Source: Isurus oxyrinchus (taxonomy: Eukaryota). From it: a stretch of DNA of 64,000 nucleotides. The position numbers and the translations under genes are program-made. Under the pieces are notes generated by a model that was given only the letters and a program-made list of their open reading frames with translations, was not told the origin of the DNA and did not search any database. Below are positions 35,049 through 48,748 of this stretch, piece by piece (the first letter of the stretch is position 1; every line of letters starts with the position of its first letter). The stretch covers positions 2,294,001 through 2,358,000 of the forward strand of contig JANJGN010000036.1 in assembly GCA_026770705.1 (NCBI GenBank), read 5' to 3'.

Positions 35049-38000
35049 CTATCGTATTTCAGGCGGACTCCGGAGATTCAGAGTCTCTCTCTATTGGAAG
35101 TAAAACAAGGTGGATTGTGACGCGGGTTAATTGGTGGTGGTGGGGAGGGGGCAGTCGACTGGAATAAACCCAAACCAGCGGACGCATCAGCAACTGGATT
35201 AAACAGTGGCAGAATACACAAACAGGACTGTCCCGGTAAACGGATCGTGTCAGCTTGCTCTTGCCCCACAGAATTCATTTCTCATTATCTTGACTCTCTT
35301 CTCTCTCTCCTTGTCCAGTCCCTTCCCACCTACATCCGTGATTCCTCTGATACCTTACGTCACATCAACAATTTCCAGTTCCCTGGCCCCAACCACTTCC
35401 TCTTCACCATGGACGTCCAATCCCTCTACACCTCCAACCCTCACCAAGATGGTCTGAGGGCCCTTAGCTTCTTCCTCGAACAGAGGCCCGAACAATCCCC
35501 ATCCACCACTACTCTCCTCCGTCTGGATGAACTTGTTCTCACACTGAACAATTTTTCCTTCAATTCCTCCAAATAAAAGGTGTGGCTATGGGTGCCCACA
35601 TGGGCTCCAGCTATGCCTATCTCTTTATGGGGTATGTGGAACATTCCTTATTCCAGTCCTACTCCGGCCCCCTTCCACAACTCTTTCTCCGGTACATCGA
35701 TGATTACTTCAATGCTGCTTCATGCTCTCATCGAGACTTGGAAAAATTTATTCATTTCGCTTCCAATCTCAGCCCCTCCATCATTTTCATGTGGTCCATC
35801 TCTGACACTTCCCTTCCCTTCCTTGACCTCTCTGTCTCAATCTCTTGTGATAGACTGTCCACCAATATCCATTACAAGCCTACCGACGCCCACAGCTACC
35901 TCGACAACAGCTCCTCACACCCCGCTTCCTGTAAGGAATCCATCCCATTCTCTCAGTTCCTTCGCCTCCATCGCATCTGTTCTGATGATGCTACCTTCAA
36001 AAACAGTTCCTCTGACATGTCCTCCTTCTTCCATAACCGAAGTTTTCCACACATGGTCGTTGACAGGGCCCCCAACCGTGTCCGGCCCAACTCCCGCGCA
36101 TCCACCCTCACGCCTTCTCCTCTCTCCCAGAAACATGATAGGGCCCCACTTGTCCTCACTTATCAACCCACCAGCCTTTGCATTCAAAGGGTCATCCTCC
36201 GCTATTTCAGCCTACTCCAGCATGATGTCACCACCAAGCACATCATCCCTCACTCCCCCCCCCCCCCCCCACCCCGGCGGCATTCCATAGGGTTCGTACC
36301 CTCTGGGACACCCTGGTCCATTTCTCCATCACCCCCTACGCCTCAACCCCCACCTATGGCACCTCCCCATGTCCACACAAAGGATGCAACACCTGCCCCT
36401 TCACTTCCTCTCTCCTCACCATCCAAGGGCCCAAACATTCCTTTCAAGTGAAGCAGCATTTCACTTGCATTTCCCCCAACTTAGTCTACTGCATTCATTG
36501 CTCCCAATGCGGTCTCCTCTACATTGGAGAGACCAAATGTAAACTACATGACTGCTTTGCAGAACACCTGCGGTCTGTCTGCAAGAATGACCCAAACCTC
36601 CTGTCACTTGCCATTTTAACACTCCACCCTGCTTTCTTGCCCACATGTCTGTCCTTGGCTTGCTGCATTGTTCCAGTGAAGCCCAACCCAAACTGGAAGA
36701 ACAGCACCTCATCTTCCGACTAGACAGTTTACAGCCTTCCAAACTGAATATTGAATTCAACAACTTTAGATCTTGAACTCCCTCCTCCATCCCGACCCCC
36801 TTTCTGTTTCTTCCCCCTTCCTTTTGTTTTTTTTCCAATAATTTATATAGATTTTTCTTTTCCCATCTATTTCCATTATTTTTAATTCTTTTATGCCCCC
36901 CATCCCCACTAGATCTATACCTTGAGTGCCTTATCATCCATTCTTAATTAGCATATTCGTTTAGATAATATCACCAACTTCAACACCTCTTTTGTTCTTT
37001 TGTCTGTGACATCTTATAATTATCTGCTCCTGTCACTGTTTGCTTATCCCTACAGCCACACCACCTACCACCCCCCCCCCGCCCGTCCCCCCCAGCTTAT
37101 ATTTCACCCCTCTCCTTGGATTCAACCAGTTCTGCTGAAGCGTCATGAGGACTCGAAACGTCAACACTTTTCTTCTCCACCGATGCTGCCAGACCTGCTG
37201 AGTTTTTCCAGATAATTCTGTTTTTGTTTTGGATTTCCAGCATCTGCAGTTTTTTGCTTTTATCTCTTTGACAGAATACAACTCTTCAACCCGGAGATAT
37301 ACAGAGAACTTTACGAGAATCGATTCTCGATTCTCTGAATGTTGAGGATGCCCAGGCCACTGATTTGGGCATGTATTACTGTGCAGCTAAGGAGCTTAAT
37401 AGAGTGTCCTTTATGTTTCACAATGGTTCAAAATGTTTCATCACTGGTACAAATTAAGATTATTTTACACAATGTATCATCAATAACCTGCTAGTTATGG
37501 CCAATAGTGATCGAATCACAGCGCCCGCTTCCACCACGTTGCCTAATAATCTACCATTTAACTCTGCCTCCAGCTGAAATTCTCTCAATGGGAGAGGAGT
37601 TTTTGTTGTGTTTGGTGAAGTGCGTGGTCCAGATTACTTTGGCGTCTGCTGGAATCTTACCGGATGGGATCCCCAGGGACAGAGCGATTCCAGGACAATC
37701 GAGCCAGATGGGACCTACCCCATCAGGAGTTACATAATTTTCTGGGGTAAACTTGAAACAGCAGCGTTCTCTGTACTTACGCTGTTCCAATCAACTCCAG
37801 TGAAAACCTTCCAAGTGAAAGCGTCTCATCTCAGAGAGGTAGCTGTTAACAGTTGCCTCGTGCATTTAATGTGCGGCCTTTTTGTTAGTAATATCTCTTT
37901 GTGTATTTGAACTCCCCACTTCAATGTGGTCAAGTATCATTTTCTGACCGCTTATCCCACTCTCATGCATCTAATTTCAGTGATTATGTTTCTGAATTCT

Positions 38001-40414
38001 TAAGCCCATCTGTCTAGTTGGGATGAAAGCGTATGTAGGGAGATGAATCATTTTGACGTGTCAATGATGCAATAAAATCCCAATTTTCTGTTTACCGCTT
38101 TCTCTCTCGATTCCTGTACGACATTATCCGTATCCCATAGGGCAGAGTTTCCACTACCGATACAGTGCATTCTTCCATTTAGCTCAGCGCTGCTATTTCT
38201 GCTCCACAATAACCTCCTCCAACCCCTCTTCATCTCACACCATCAATATATCCTTCTATTCCTTTCTCCCTCATGCGGTTATACAGCATCACCCATCAAT
38301 CTGTCTCGAAAATTGAACTCAGCCACTCCCTGTGGGAACGAGCTCCACATACTCTCCACTCTCTGATTAAAAAGTTTCCTCCTGAATTCTCGATTGGATT
38401 TATTAGTAACGATCTGATGTTGATGGCTTCTAGTCCTGGTCAACCCCAAAAAGTGCTATATCTACGGCTGCCCTGTATTCCCTTCCATAGCCTTAAAGTT
38501 CATGATCATTTCACTCCACAGACTTCTCTATTTCTCGAAAAAAAGAAGACAGCCTGTTGAAACCTTCCTGACTGTTATAACCTCTCAGTTTTGGCAAACC
38601 TTTTCTTCATCGCACCTTCCCCTGTACCTGCCTATTATTTTTATGATATGCAGGCGAGGATAATTCACAGCACACCATGTGCGCTGTAATAAGTTTTGAT
38701 ATACTTCAATGTCGCATTTCTTCTTTTCATTGCCAGGCCTGGTTTTATCATGTTATTAACCTTTGTTACTACTTTTAATGATTTTTGTCTTGTGCCTCAG
38801 AACCCTCTGCTCCTCTTGCCGATTTAAACGCTTATTTTCCAGTGAGTGTATTGCCCAAACCCTATCACTATGTCTAACCCAGACCCCAATCCTTCTCCTT
38901 CCTAGCTAAACAGTCTCTGTAACGTTTCATCCATGACAAAAGGAAAGGAATCCGCTCGATGACTATAAACTACTTAGTCTTTCATGTGTGGCAGACAAAC
39001 GCTTAGCATCAATTACTATACATGAAAATGGTGAGCATTTCTAAATAGATGGGATCGTGAAGAACATCCAGCAACGATTTGTGAACGTGTTGTCATGTTT
39101 AACACATTTAATAGAGATTGCAATTTCAAGAATTGTCCGAGTGGAGCGTTAAAGAGAATGCAGTAGATAGAACCTGTATGGAGTTCCACAACGTCTTCAA
39201 GTGTTTTTTGTTTTATAATTGTGTCTATGTATCACTCACCCGTGCCCGAACTTGTTTATAACTTTCTGTTTGTCTATCTATCTATCTGCTACCTATATAT
39301 CTATCCACTTACCTGCCTGCCTTTCTATCTANNNNNNNNNNNNNNNNNNNNNNNNNNNNNNNNNNNNNNNNNNNNNNNNNNNNNNNNNNNNNNNNNNNNN
39401 NNNNNNNNNNNNNNNNNNNNNNNNNNNNNNNNNNNNNNNNNNNNNNNNNNNNNNNNNNNNNNNNNNNNNNNNNNNNNNNNNNNNNNNNNNNNNNNNNNNN
39501 NNNNNNNNNNGTCTGNNNNNNNNNNNNNNNNNNNNNNNNNNNNNNNNNNNNNNNNNNNNNNNNNNNNNNNNNNNNNNNNNNNNNNNNNNNNNNNNNNNNN
39601 NNNNNNNNNNNNNNNNNNNNNNNNNNNNNNNNNNNNNNNNNNNNNNNNNNNNNNNNNNNNNNNNNNNNNNNNNNNNNNNNNNNNNNNNNNNNNNNNNNNN
39701 NNNNNNNNNNNNNNNNNNNNNNNNNNNNNNNNNNNNNNNNNNNNNNNNNNNNNNNNNNNNNNNNNNNNNNNNNNNNNNNNNNNNNNNNNNNNNNNNNNNN
39801 NNNNNNNNNNNNNNNNNNNNNNNNNNNNNNNNNNNNNTTCTGACACAGACCATCCATTTGGTCATCCCGTTCTACGGAGTAATCCACTTACCTTCAAACT
39901 TGTAAATTGGCTTCGCTTGCTGAATAAATTTCGAATCTATATTTTAATGTATTTGATGATGTTGGTGGCAGTGCCAAGACTAACATTGATTGCCCTTTCC
40001 GAACTGCCCTCTGTAGGTGATGCTGGATCTCCTTGAAACTTGTGCAAGAGCCAAAAGACTCGGGTTGCGGGGTTTCTTCTGAAATACAATGAATTGTTTT
40101 CAATTTTTTCTCCCTACCACCTGCAGGTCCTACTTTCCGGGAGTTCGTCCACGGCGGGATTCTCCTTCGGGTGGATGTTTCCTGTGGCCGGGAGAACAAG
40201 TTCCAGGAATGTGCAGGCAGGGAGAGGTAAGAGTGAGAAGCTGTAAGTCCGCGGCGCTCTCAATACATCCATTAATCACTGGATTTTTGTCAATTTTAGC
40301 GGTTTGAATGTGAACTGAGGTCATTCCAAATAGGTTTAAACTTCACTTTCAACAGGCAACATGAGCAGTGATGCAGAACTGACACAATTCAGAGCAACAA
40401 CACAAGGAAATGCG
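35049..40414 (+). pseudogene. Gene C2 pseudogene, V exon split by a Penelope insertion
   Basis: V halves at 35049-35218 and 37281-37446 (GMYYCAAKELNRVSFMFHNGS). Frameshifted C1 about 37545-37838, degenerate TM about 40100-40225, cyt1 40356-40414. The last exon is removed by a deletion near 40740. Confidence 0.85.
35219..37268 (+). mobile_element. 5'-truncated Penelope-like retroelement (RT + GIY-YIG endonuclease), frameshifted
   Basis: ORF pieces 35247-35576 (FTMDVQSLYT), 35582-36451 (AMG..MGSSYA, RYIDD, FLDL) and 36448-36723 (NLVYCIHCSQCGLLYIGET). Target duplication TG(G/A)CAGAATACA at 35207-35218 and 37269-37280. Confidence 0.9.
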
Positions 40415-41577
40415 ATAACTAGGGAGGGAATTGTTTCCTAACGTGCAGATACATTTCACTGAATTTTAACCTAAGGTTTAAAATTCATAGTTAATGTCAT
40501 ATGAGTCTAGCAGATTTTGCATAGTTCACATTGCAAGATAACGCTGTTTACATGTCATATAACATTGTGACAATATGAGGACAATATAGATAGGTGTTCA
40601 AATGAATATGTCAAAATTGAGATTGATAAGTTTCTGTTGGGTAAAGGGGATTCACTGCTTGGGAACGGAGAGGAGATGGAGTTAGGATACAAATCTTAAA
40701 AGGCCTTATTTAAAGGCAGAACATGTTGGAATGCCTCAATGGACAAGCGAAATCCCACAGGGAAACTGGTCTTATTGATCGTAATTTTTTTCCTATTTTG
40801 AAAACGAGGCGAAAGTGTTTATGATTCTTTTATCAAGAAGGCAAAAAAAAATAATCACACAAGGTTAAAACTATTTGGTTGAAGCAGCCTTACAAATTAT
40901 TCCTCCAATAAAAACCTTTTTCAGAACACACTAGTAAAATATTTCGCAACAGTCACCTTATGGAGTTTTAACTGTAAAGATCTAGTAATGTTACCCAAGG
41001 TAAAAACTGCTCCTACTATTGAAAAGTATGCGACACGACCTCACACACTCTTCCAATTTGCTGTGGCAATCCAAAGGAAGTTCAGATAAAGACTTATTCT
41101 TGAAAGGAAAGACTTTTCTGGTTTGAAATCTGATGGGTGCATCAAACTCTCTATGTTTCACAGCACAGAGCTGGTCTCAGGTGATCTCCCCCACAGAGGC
41201 ACCTCAACCCAAAATGCATTTCCCTTAAATATCTTTTCTTGCCCCTCCCCCCCCCCCCCCCACCCCCCCACCCCCCCCCCCCCCCCCTTTCATCCTGGCC
41301 TCCATTGTCCGAAGCACAACTTTGAACTCAACTTTTCCAAAATATAATAATTCTTCATGTCTTCCTGCCACCTCCACGTTCTGGTGAAATATAATTAAAT
41401 AACTTTCCCTTGTGCGCTTATGAAAAAATTTTAAATGACAAAAGTTCTTAAATGTCCTTTGAAATTTAGCAGCTGAAACGTTCTTACCTATCACCTAACA
41501 CAAATTTAAAATGCCAAACACATTTACTTTTTCTCCCAACTTCAATGCAGCCTCTCGTTACAAATGCATGCATCCAG

Positions 41578-41795
41578 AGATAAAAACAAAAAACTGTGGA
41601 TGCTGGAAATCCAAAACAAAAACAGAATTACCTGGAAAAATTCAGCAGGTCTGGCAGCATTGGCAGAGAAGAAAACAGTTGACATTTCGAGTCCTCATGA
41701 CCCTTCGACAGAACGGAGGGTCATGAGGACTCGAAACGTCAACTCTTTTCTTCTCCACCAATGCTGAGTTTTTCCAGGTAATTCTGTTTTTGTTT
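41578..41795. mobile_element. Inverted pair of Penelope terminal fragments
   Basis: Arms about 41615-41705 and 41718-41796. 13-bp target-site duplication TGCATGCATCCAG at 41565-41577 and 41796-41808; empty site near 16760. Confidence 0.8.
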
Positions 41796-42773
41796 TGCAT
41801 GCATCCAGCATTGTTATCTTTCATCTCTCAGTTCTCACAGACGAGCTGCCTTTATTAACTTCCCCCAGTTAAATTATACATGAATACACACACCCACAGC
41901 TTTCTTTATTGAATATCACCATCTTCTCAAAAATATATAAAAACAGCATCCACCTTCACGTACAAATCTCCAGCTATTCACCTTGTTTTCCTATCATTCA
42001 ATACGCTTACAGAACAAAACTTACTGGATACCAGCTTTAGCAGCGTTCTGATGGAGAGAGAGCCAGATTTCCACTCCACCTTCCACAGCACATCTTGCTC
42101 CAACACATACGACATTCACGTTAAATCCCTGAAATGCAGGTTAAAAGCTAAACACCAATAAAAACGCATTGTTTAAATGTGAAATGGAACCATCACAGGT
42201 TGCCTGAATCACTACCCTTTTCCCTCTCCTGCTTTGTTGTAATTCAGTAAATGCTAGAACACATCACATCTCAAGGAAAGAAACCCACAACTAACAGCAT
42301 CTCAATCCAGGACTGATATTGTCAACTCAGTAGAAATCGTAGTTCTATCCAGACGACATTTAATTATAATTTAACTATTAAACAGTTCAAACCTTTGGTG
42401 CATCCTTATAGTCGAAGAATAATTTATGTTATTTGCATACAGACATTTGCCAAGAAATTAACACCCTGTCTGTTCCTGGAGTTCCCGAGTCAGCAGAAAA
42501 GGTCCAGAGAAACCGAAGGCAGTCCTTAATCTTTGCTCAATGTTGCCTTCACATCCGAGTTACATGATATCGGTGGAATATCTTTAACAATATTCAAAAC
42601 AACTTCTATACTTAACAACATCAGCCAGCCTTTGTTGCTCTGGCGAGTGCACTTGGAAAGTTTATTTGTTTCATGGGAGCTTCCTTGACTTCTTGTTAAT
42701 ATCCACAAGGCTGTGGGTTCTTTGGCAAACCCTGTCATGTCCACAATTCATGAGGTAGAAACAGGCCGGATTC

Positions 42774-45700
42774 TCATCTGCGACCCGCCTTCTTTTTTGA
42801 CTTTTTATCCAATGCAGCCAAGTCCAGGGAGGCAGAGAGCGGTCCCCCTAGAGTCTGGGAGAGATATTGAACATTAACAGCAAAAGGTAGTTAAAAGATA
42901 GATAATATTACCCACTCCCGCAGCCGCGTTTCATCGAAACATAAAATGATACAGCGCAGAAGGATGTCATTCCGCCCATTGCCTCTGTGCCAGCTCTTTG
43001 AAGGAGCTATACGATTAAACCCACTGTAAACCCCTTCTCTGTCCCATATCGCTGACATTATTTTCCCCTTCCACTGTTTTTATAATTCCTTCACGAAAGT
43101 TGCAAGTGAATCGGTTTCCATAGCCCTCTATATCAATTTGAGGAAAGTTTTGCTTCATTTGTATGTACAAGAATAGTCTGAATTGATGTTTTTTTAACAT
43201 AGCAGCAGAATTCGCAAAGCAACTGGAAATCACCAAAGTTTAATCAGAAAACTGGGAAGATGAGTCTTGATTTAATTCCTTTGTTGTTAATTGACCATCT
43301 GATTACTCTGTTTCGCCATCTACACAATCGAGTAGAGTCCACAGAATTCATCACATTCAGAAGAATGACACAAACATAATCAGAAGACTTGTCTCTCCAG
43401 AACTGAAGGAGCCCCAGAACACTTGCACCCCATTTTTTGAAGTGTAGTCCCTGTTCTTAATGGAATGCGGCAGCGAATTAACGCACAGTAAGATCCCATA
43501 AACAGCAATGAATTAATGACCGACATGATTTATTTTTTAAGACGCCGTTTGAGAGAAAAACTTGGAAACGGGACACCAGAGAGAACCCCCACCCCCCACT
43601 TCCCCTGCACCTCCGTACCCCCCGACACACCGCTCTGCTTGCAATAGTGGTGGCACCATTTTTTACCCCGTCTTGAGAGGGCTAACAGGGCCTCGGTTTA
43701 ACGTTTCATGTGAAATCGGCACCTCAGGCAGTGCAGCACTCACTTCGGAGGTCCAGTCTAGACTTTCTGCTCAAGTCTCTGGGCACACAAACATAAACAC
43801 ACATNNNNNNNNNNNNNNNNNNNNNNNNNNNNNNNNNNNNNNNNNNNNNNNNNNNNNNNNNNNNNNNNNNNNNNNNNNNNNNNNNNNNNNNNNNNNNNNN
43901 NNNNNNNNNNNNNNNNNNNNNNNNNNNNNNNNNNNNNNNNNNNNNNNNNNNNNNNNNNNNNNNNNNNNNNNNNNNNNNNNNNNNNNNTTAGTCCACTTAC
44001 AACAAAAACACGTTTTGATTTATCTCCAAACTCTCCTTGGTTTGGTTTTATCTTCAATCTAATTCCATCGACTAATTTGTATATCAGCATATATCATTGG
44101 AATCAGAATTGGAGTTCAACTGGGTGAGGCACATTGTTCAGTGTAAAGAAGGTCTTCGGGCTGAATTTTGCACATGGTTCACTTTTCATTGTGAGATTAC
44201 CTGTGCCCTTCTTCTAAAAGGAGAATCTGCAATTAGCATTTTAAAACTACAAGAAGGGAATCAGGTGAGACAAGCAATTACTAAAATATCCCTGATAAAT
44301 ATTAATCCTCACCTGATCTGCCGCTTTTATGAATCCAAATAGAATTAGGGACCAAGAGTAGAACCTGTATCACCAGGACAGTTATGAGAACAGGAAGGGC
44401 CAGACTGCACTATCCTACAGAGACAAAGCACTTAGAACCTGCTGCTCAGTCAAATCATCCTTTTCTGGGATTACCTGATGGGAAAAGTGACCCAACTGGA
44501 AGCCCAGAAACAGTCCATTCAAACGATCATGCCAGTGCACGCTCTTTGAAAGAGGTATCTAATTAGTCCAATGCTCCCTGCTCTTCCGCCCATAGCCATG
44601 TAAATGTCTCCCCTCCAAGCATTGATCCGAATCCCCCTTTTAAAAGTTCCTATCGAATCTGCTTCCACCTCTGGTTCAGGCAGCGCCTTCCAGATCACAG
44701 CAACTCGCTGCGTTTTAATGAATTCTCCTAAACACCCTCTCTGGTTCTTTGCCCGATTCACTTCAAGCTGTCTCCCTCTGGTTACCGACCCCCCTGCCAG
44801 TGGAAAGTTTCTCCCATTTTACTCCATCGAAACCCCTCATAATAGTAAACGCCTCGATTAACTGTCCCCTCAACATTTTCTGAACAAAGGAGAACGACAC
44901 GAGATTCTAGTTCCTCCACGTGAAGTGAAGTCCACCATCGCTGGTCCCATTCAATTAAATGTCCTCTATACCCTCACTAAGGCTTCTTGCGTGTTTCCTG
45001 CAGAATGGACCTCAAATCCATTCCAAAGTGCACTGCCTGTAAAAAAGCAGTGGAAGTGGATTCAACAATAATTTTCAGAAGGAAACCCCGTTATGACTTG
45101 AAGAGGAAAATGTGAAAGGGCTTTGGGGAAACTGATTTCAAAGTTGAATAAAAGCCTTCCTCGTTGAAATCACATTCTCACCTGTCCCTACTGCTTTGGG
45201 GAACGACACGCTCTTTATCCAATATTTGATTGGAGACCCCAGTTGAACAATACAAATATAAACACCGCCGCTTCTACAGGTTTCCCTCGGCACCATTACG
45301 TGACTTCTGATACTGTAGGTCCCATCCGCCTCCATTGTACCTGAATCTCTCGGTCCCTCAGTGGCCAGGCCGGAAATATCCCAGAAACTAACAATCTGGT
45401 TGGAAGAAACTCCACTGACCAAACACACTAAGGGGACGCTTTCCCTCAAATGCAGCTCTCCCTGCGGGGCAAAAATCGGCATAGCAGCCTTGTTGGTGGA
45501 ACTTTCTGGACAGAGATTGGGGCACAGTTAGTGATTAATTTGCACGAAATGATAATGCTCTGCATGATCTGAATTCATTTCACTTGCTCTCTCACCTCCA
45601 ACCAGTAGTGTTGGTGCATTCTGTAGCGGTATATCGCTACACCTACGAGAACAGTAGTAGGAACTCGAATCATTCACCTGGACATTGCGAATTTCGAGAA

Positions 45701-46267
45701 TCAGCACATTTGTGCTGTTGCCTTTTTTTGGAAATAAACTTTCAACCGGTCCCCTGACAGGGCTGGCTGTCGATTAGTGTCGGGGCTTCACCCACAGGGT
45801 GGTTGTACCAGAAATAGTGAGACACCGATTCCACTTCGTAAATGCACGGAGAAGTTAATTCCAGCGTCTCTCCGACTTTAGCTGTCATGATGATGGGGCT
45901 CTGAGACAGAGAGTGTTCGGATTCTGCAGCTAGAGGGATTATTGTTACATTATCACTGGTTATTGAGGGATAAGAAGCAGCCGTTTGAAACATTTCACAC
46001 TTAATTTAAGTATAGTTACATCATTGGCTTTACATATTCTTGGTTAGATTAATTCTCCAATTAGATTTTTTCTCCCTTCATAAGAGGAACTAGTAAACAA
46101 ACTCATATGATCAGGTCAAACCCCTTCATCTGGCCTCTTGTTACATTTTCAGTTTAGTAAACACTGATTCTGGCTCATTCAAGTTTAAAATTCTCCCCTG
46201 CCTCTTACTAACCATATACCCGCAGCATTTGGAGAATAAGCATCAGAGATAAAGATTCCAATGACAT
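42774..46267 (-). pseudogene. Gene B3 pseudogene
   Basis: Leader 46267-46213. VJ 45929-45596 has B-strand Cys to Ser, TGT to TGA and +1 A. C1 45505-45182 is intact. TM 44414-44313 has W to TAG, cyt1 44213-44183 has TAA, cyt2 is deleted. Last exon 42854-42774 (TLGGPLSASLDLAALDKKSKKKAGRR*). Confidence 0.88.
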
Positions 46268-48748
46268 AGTTACGAGCTGTGTATTTCCTGTTTTCACTCT
46301 CACCAGTTTAGTCATTGCAGACGGAGTGGCCGCAGACAGCCCTGAGCTCAGTCGCAGTCAATAGTTTCACTTTCAGATGAGTTGGAAACTATGACAAGTT
46401 ATGCTATGGAAAGTATGACGCTATTTTGGGTGGGTGTCCTGGTGAATGCCACATGCATTTTTCATACTGTGTTCACCGTCTGTGCGTCACGGCGGCCAAG
46501 TGGCAGCATGCTTACAAATAAATTTACTGGGTTGTGGTTCATTGTGTCGAGGGTGCTGGTGTCAAAGAATGCTAATTGGGTGTATGGATGCTGAATAGTG
46601 TAGTTAAAGTTTATTTCATTCTGGGGATATCAGGGCCTCTGGCAAGGCCAGAATGCATTAACCATCACCAATTGTCACTTGATAAGGTGGTGGTCAGCTG
46701 CCTTCCTGAACCACTGAAGTCTGTGTGGTGTAGGTACACACACAGTGCTTTCAGGGAGGGAGTTCCAGGATTTTGAATCAGTGACAGTGAAGGAACTATG
46801 ATGTATTTCCAAGTCAGGGTGGTGAGTGGCATGGAGGGGAATTTGCAATGGGCGGTGTTCCAAAGTATCTGCTGAACTGTCATGTCAAGGTTGCAGAGTA
46901 TGCAGGTTTGGAAAGAAAACGCCAAGAATTCAGAGTGTTATGTGATAATACTCAATATTATCTCTTCTGTAAACAGGTTGTACAAGATTCGTGATACATT
47001 CTGGTTAACACAGAGACTGGAATATATTAGATAAAATGTATGTGGATTAATTTTAATTTTAATTACAAGTATCTTATTCAATATGCACAAATTACGCAGA
47101 GGCCTAGAGTGGAATTCTAATGGAACAAACACGGTCACTCACTGCACTTATCGAGAATCTAAATGAACGAATCTCTTTCGAATTCAGTTCTGCTCCTTAA
47201 AATGTTCGTGCACAGTCCTCCTTTCTGCTAAGTCACATTGAGTAGGTTTTCGGACTGACTTATTCTATTATATAAAGCGCCATGGGGGGCTACCATGATT
47301 TCAGTTCATTGTTCAGTTCTGAGTTCATTGTTGAATTCTAATTACCAATGAAATGAGTGATAGGTCCCGTGAAGAGAGTTTCAAACAATAATGCATCTTT
47401 CACTTTGCATTGTTATCCAAGAGCGTTCACAGCAGTTCAATGGAAAATTCACTGCACAGTTATGAATTTGACGTTGTCGTTAAGCTGCTTTGATGTTGCA
47501 GTTTACAGAGTTACATAGAACGTGCAGCACAGAAACAGGCTATTCGACCCGAATACTCGTGCTTGTGTTTATGGTCTGCAGGAGCCTCCTCCCACCCTCT
47601 CTTCATCTCAGCACAACAACATTTCCTTTTATTCCTTCCTCCCGCATTTGTTTATCCAGCTTCCCATTGAAATGCATCTCTGAAATAGACCGAAACACTC
47701 CCTGTGGGAGTGGGTTCCACAATCTCCCCTGGGTAAGGATGTCTCCCCTGAATTTCAGACTAGGTTTATCTCTTATTAATGACCACTCGTTAGGAAGGGC
47801 GATAGGAACACAGGAGCAGGATTAGGCCATTGGGCCATTCGAGACTTCTCCACCATTCAATAAGATTATGGCCGATCTGGTTGTGGCCTCAACTCCACTA
47901 TACTGTCTGTCGCTCATACGCCTTGACTCCCGTGCCTAACAAAAACCTGTCCGTCACGGGCCCTTGAATAATTTCAAGGACCCATCCGCGAATACTTTCT
48001 GGGGCAGAGAATACCACACATGAGTGACCCATTGGGTGAAAACAAATCTCGTCATCTCTGTCTTAAAAAGGAGACCTTGATTTTTGATCGATGTCCCGAG
48101 ATTTGGCTACAACAGGAAGCACCTTCGGGGTATCCGCCCTATCAACGCCCCTCAGGAACCTATATGTTTCAATACGATCACCTTTCATTCCTCTAAACCC
48201 CAAATGGAATTCTTGAATTCTTGATTGAAAACCAATATTTTTAAAATCCTGCAGAATTAGAGCCAGCTTCCCTACGGCTGCCTAAATGAACCATTTCATA
48301 ATTGTAAAGACCTCGATCAGGTTGTCCCTCAATCTCTCACCCCCAGCCCCCAAACCACTTTTTAGAGAAACGAGCCCCAGCCGGTTCATTCCTTCCTGTT
48401 ATTTATAAGCTCTCAGTTCTGGTATCATTCTTGTGAAATATTTCTCGAATATGCGGAACTGTGTTCTGTACTCCAAGTGTAGTCTAACTAATGTGAATAC
48501 ATACCTGGTGTATTTTGGAAATCAGATGATGCGCGCGCGACAGCACTTTGACCTGCGCTAAACAGGAAAGCCGCAGAGAGCTGTCTTCCTCGGCACTAAT
48601 TTCCAACCCCTATCGTGTATCTATTAATAAACATAGAACGCCATTCAGGCTGCTTATTTCACACCTCCTTCGCACCGAAAGAATGAGAGCGAGTTCTCAG
48701 TGAGATTCGGATCGGGGCTCAGAGTCTGACCGCCTGAAGTCACGGACA

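Noticed and set aside
39219-40036. ORFs spanning N runs (also 13397-13711, 43562-44090, 58313-58774)
   Set aside because: Assembly gaps at microsatellites.
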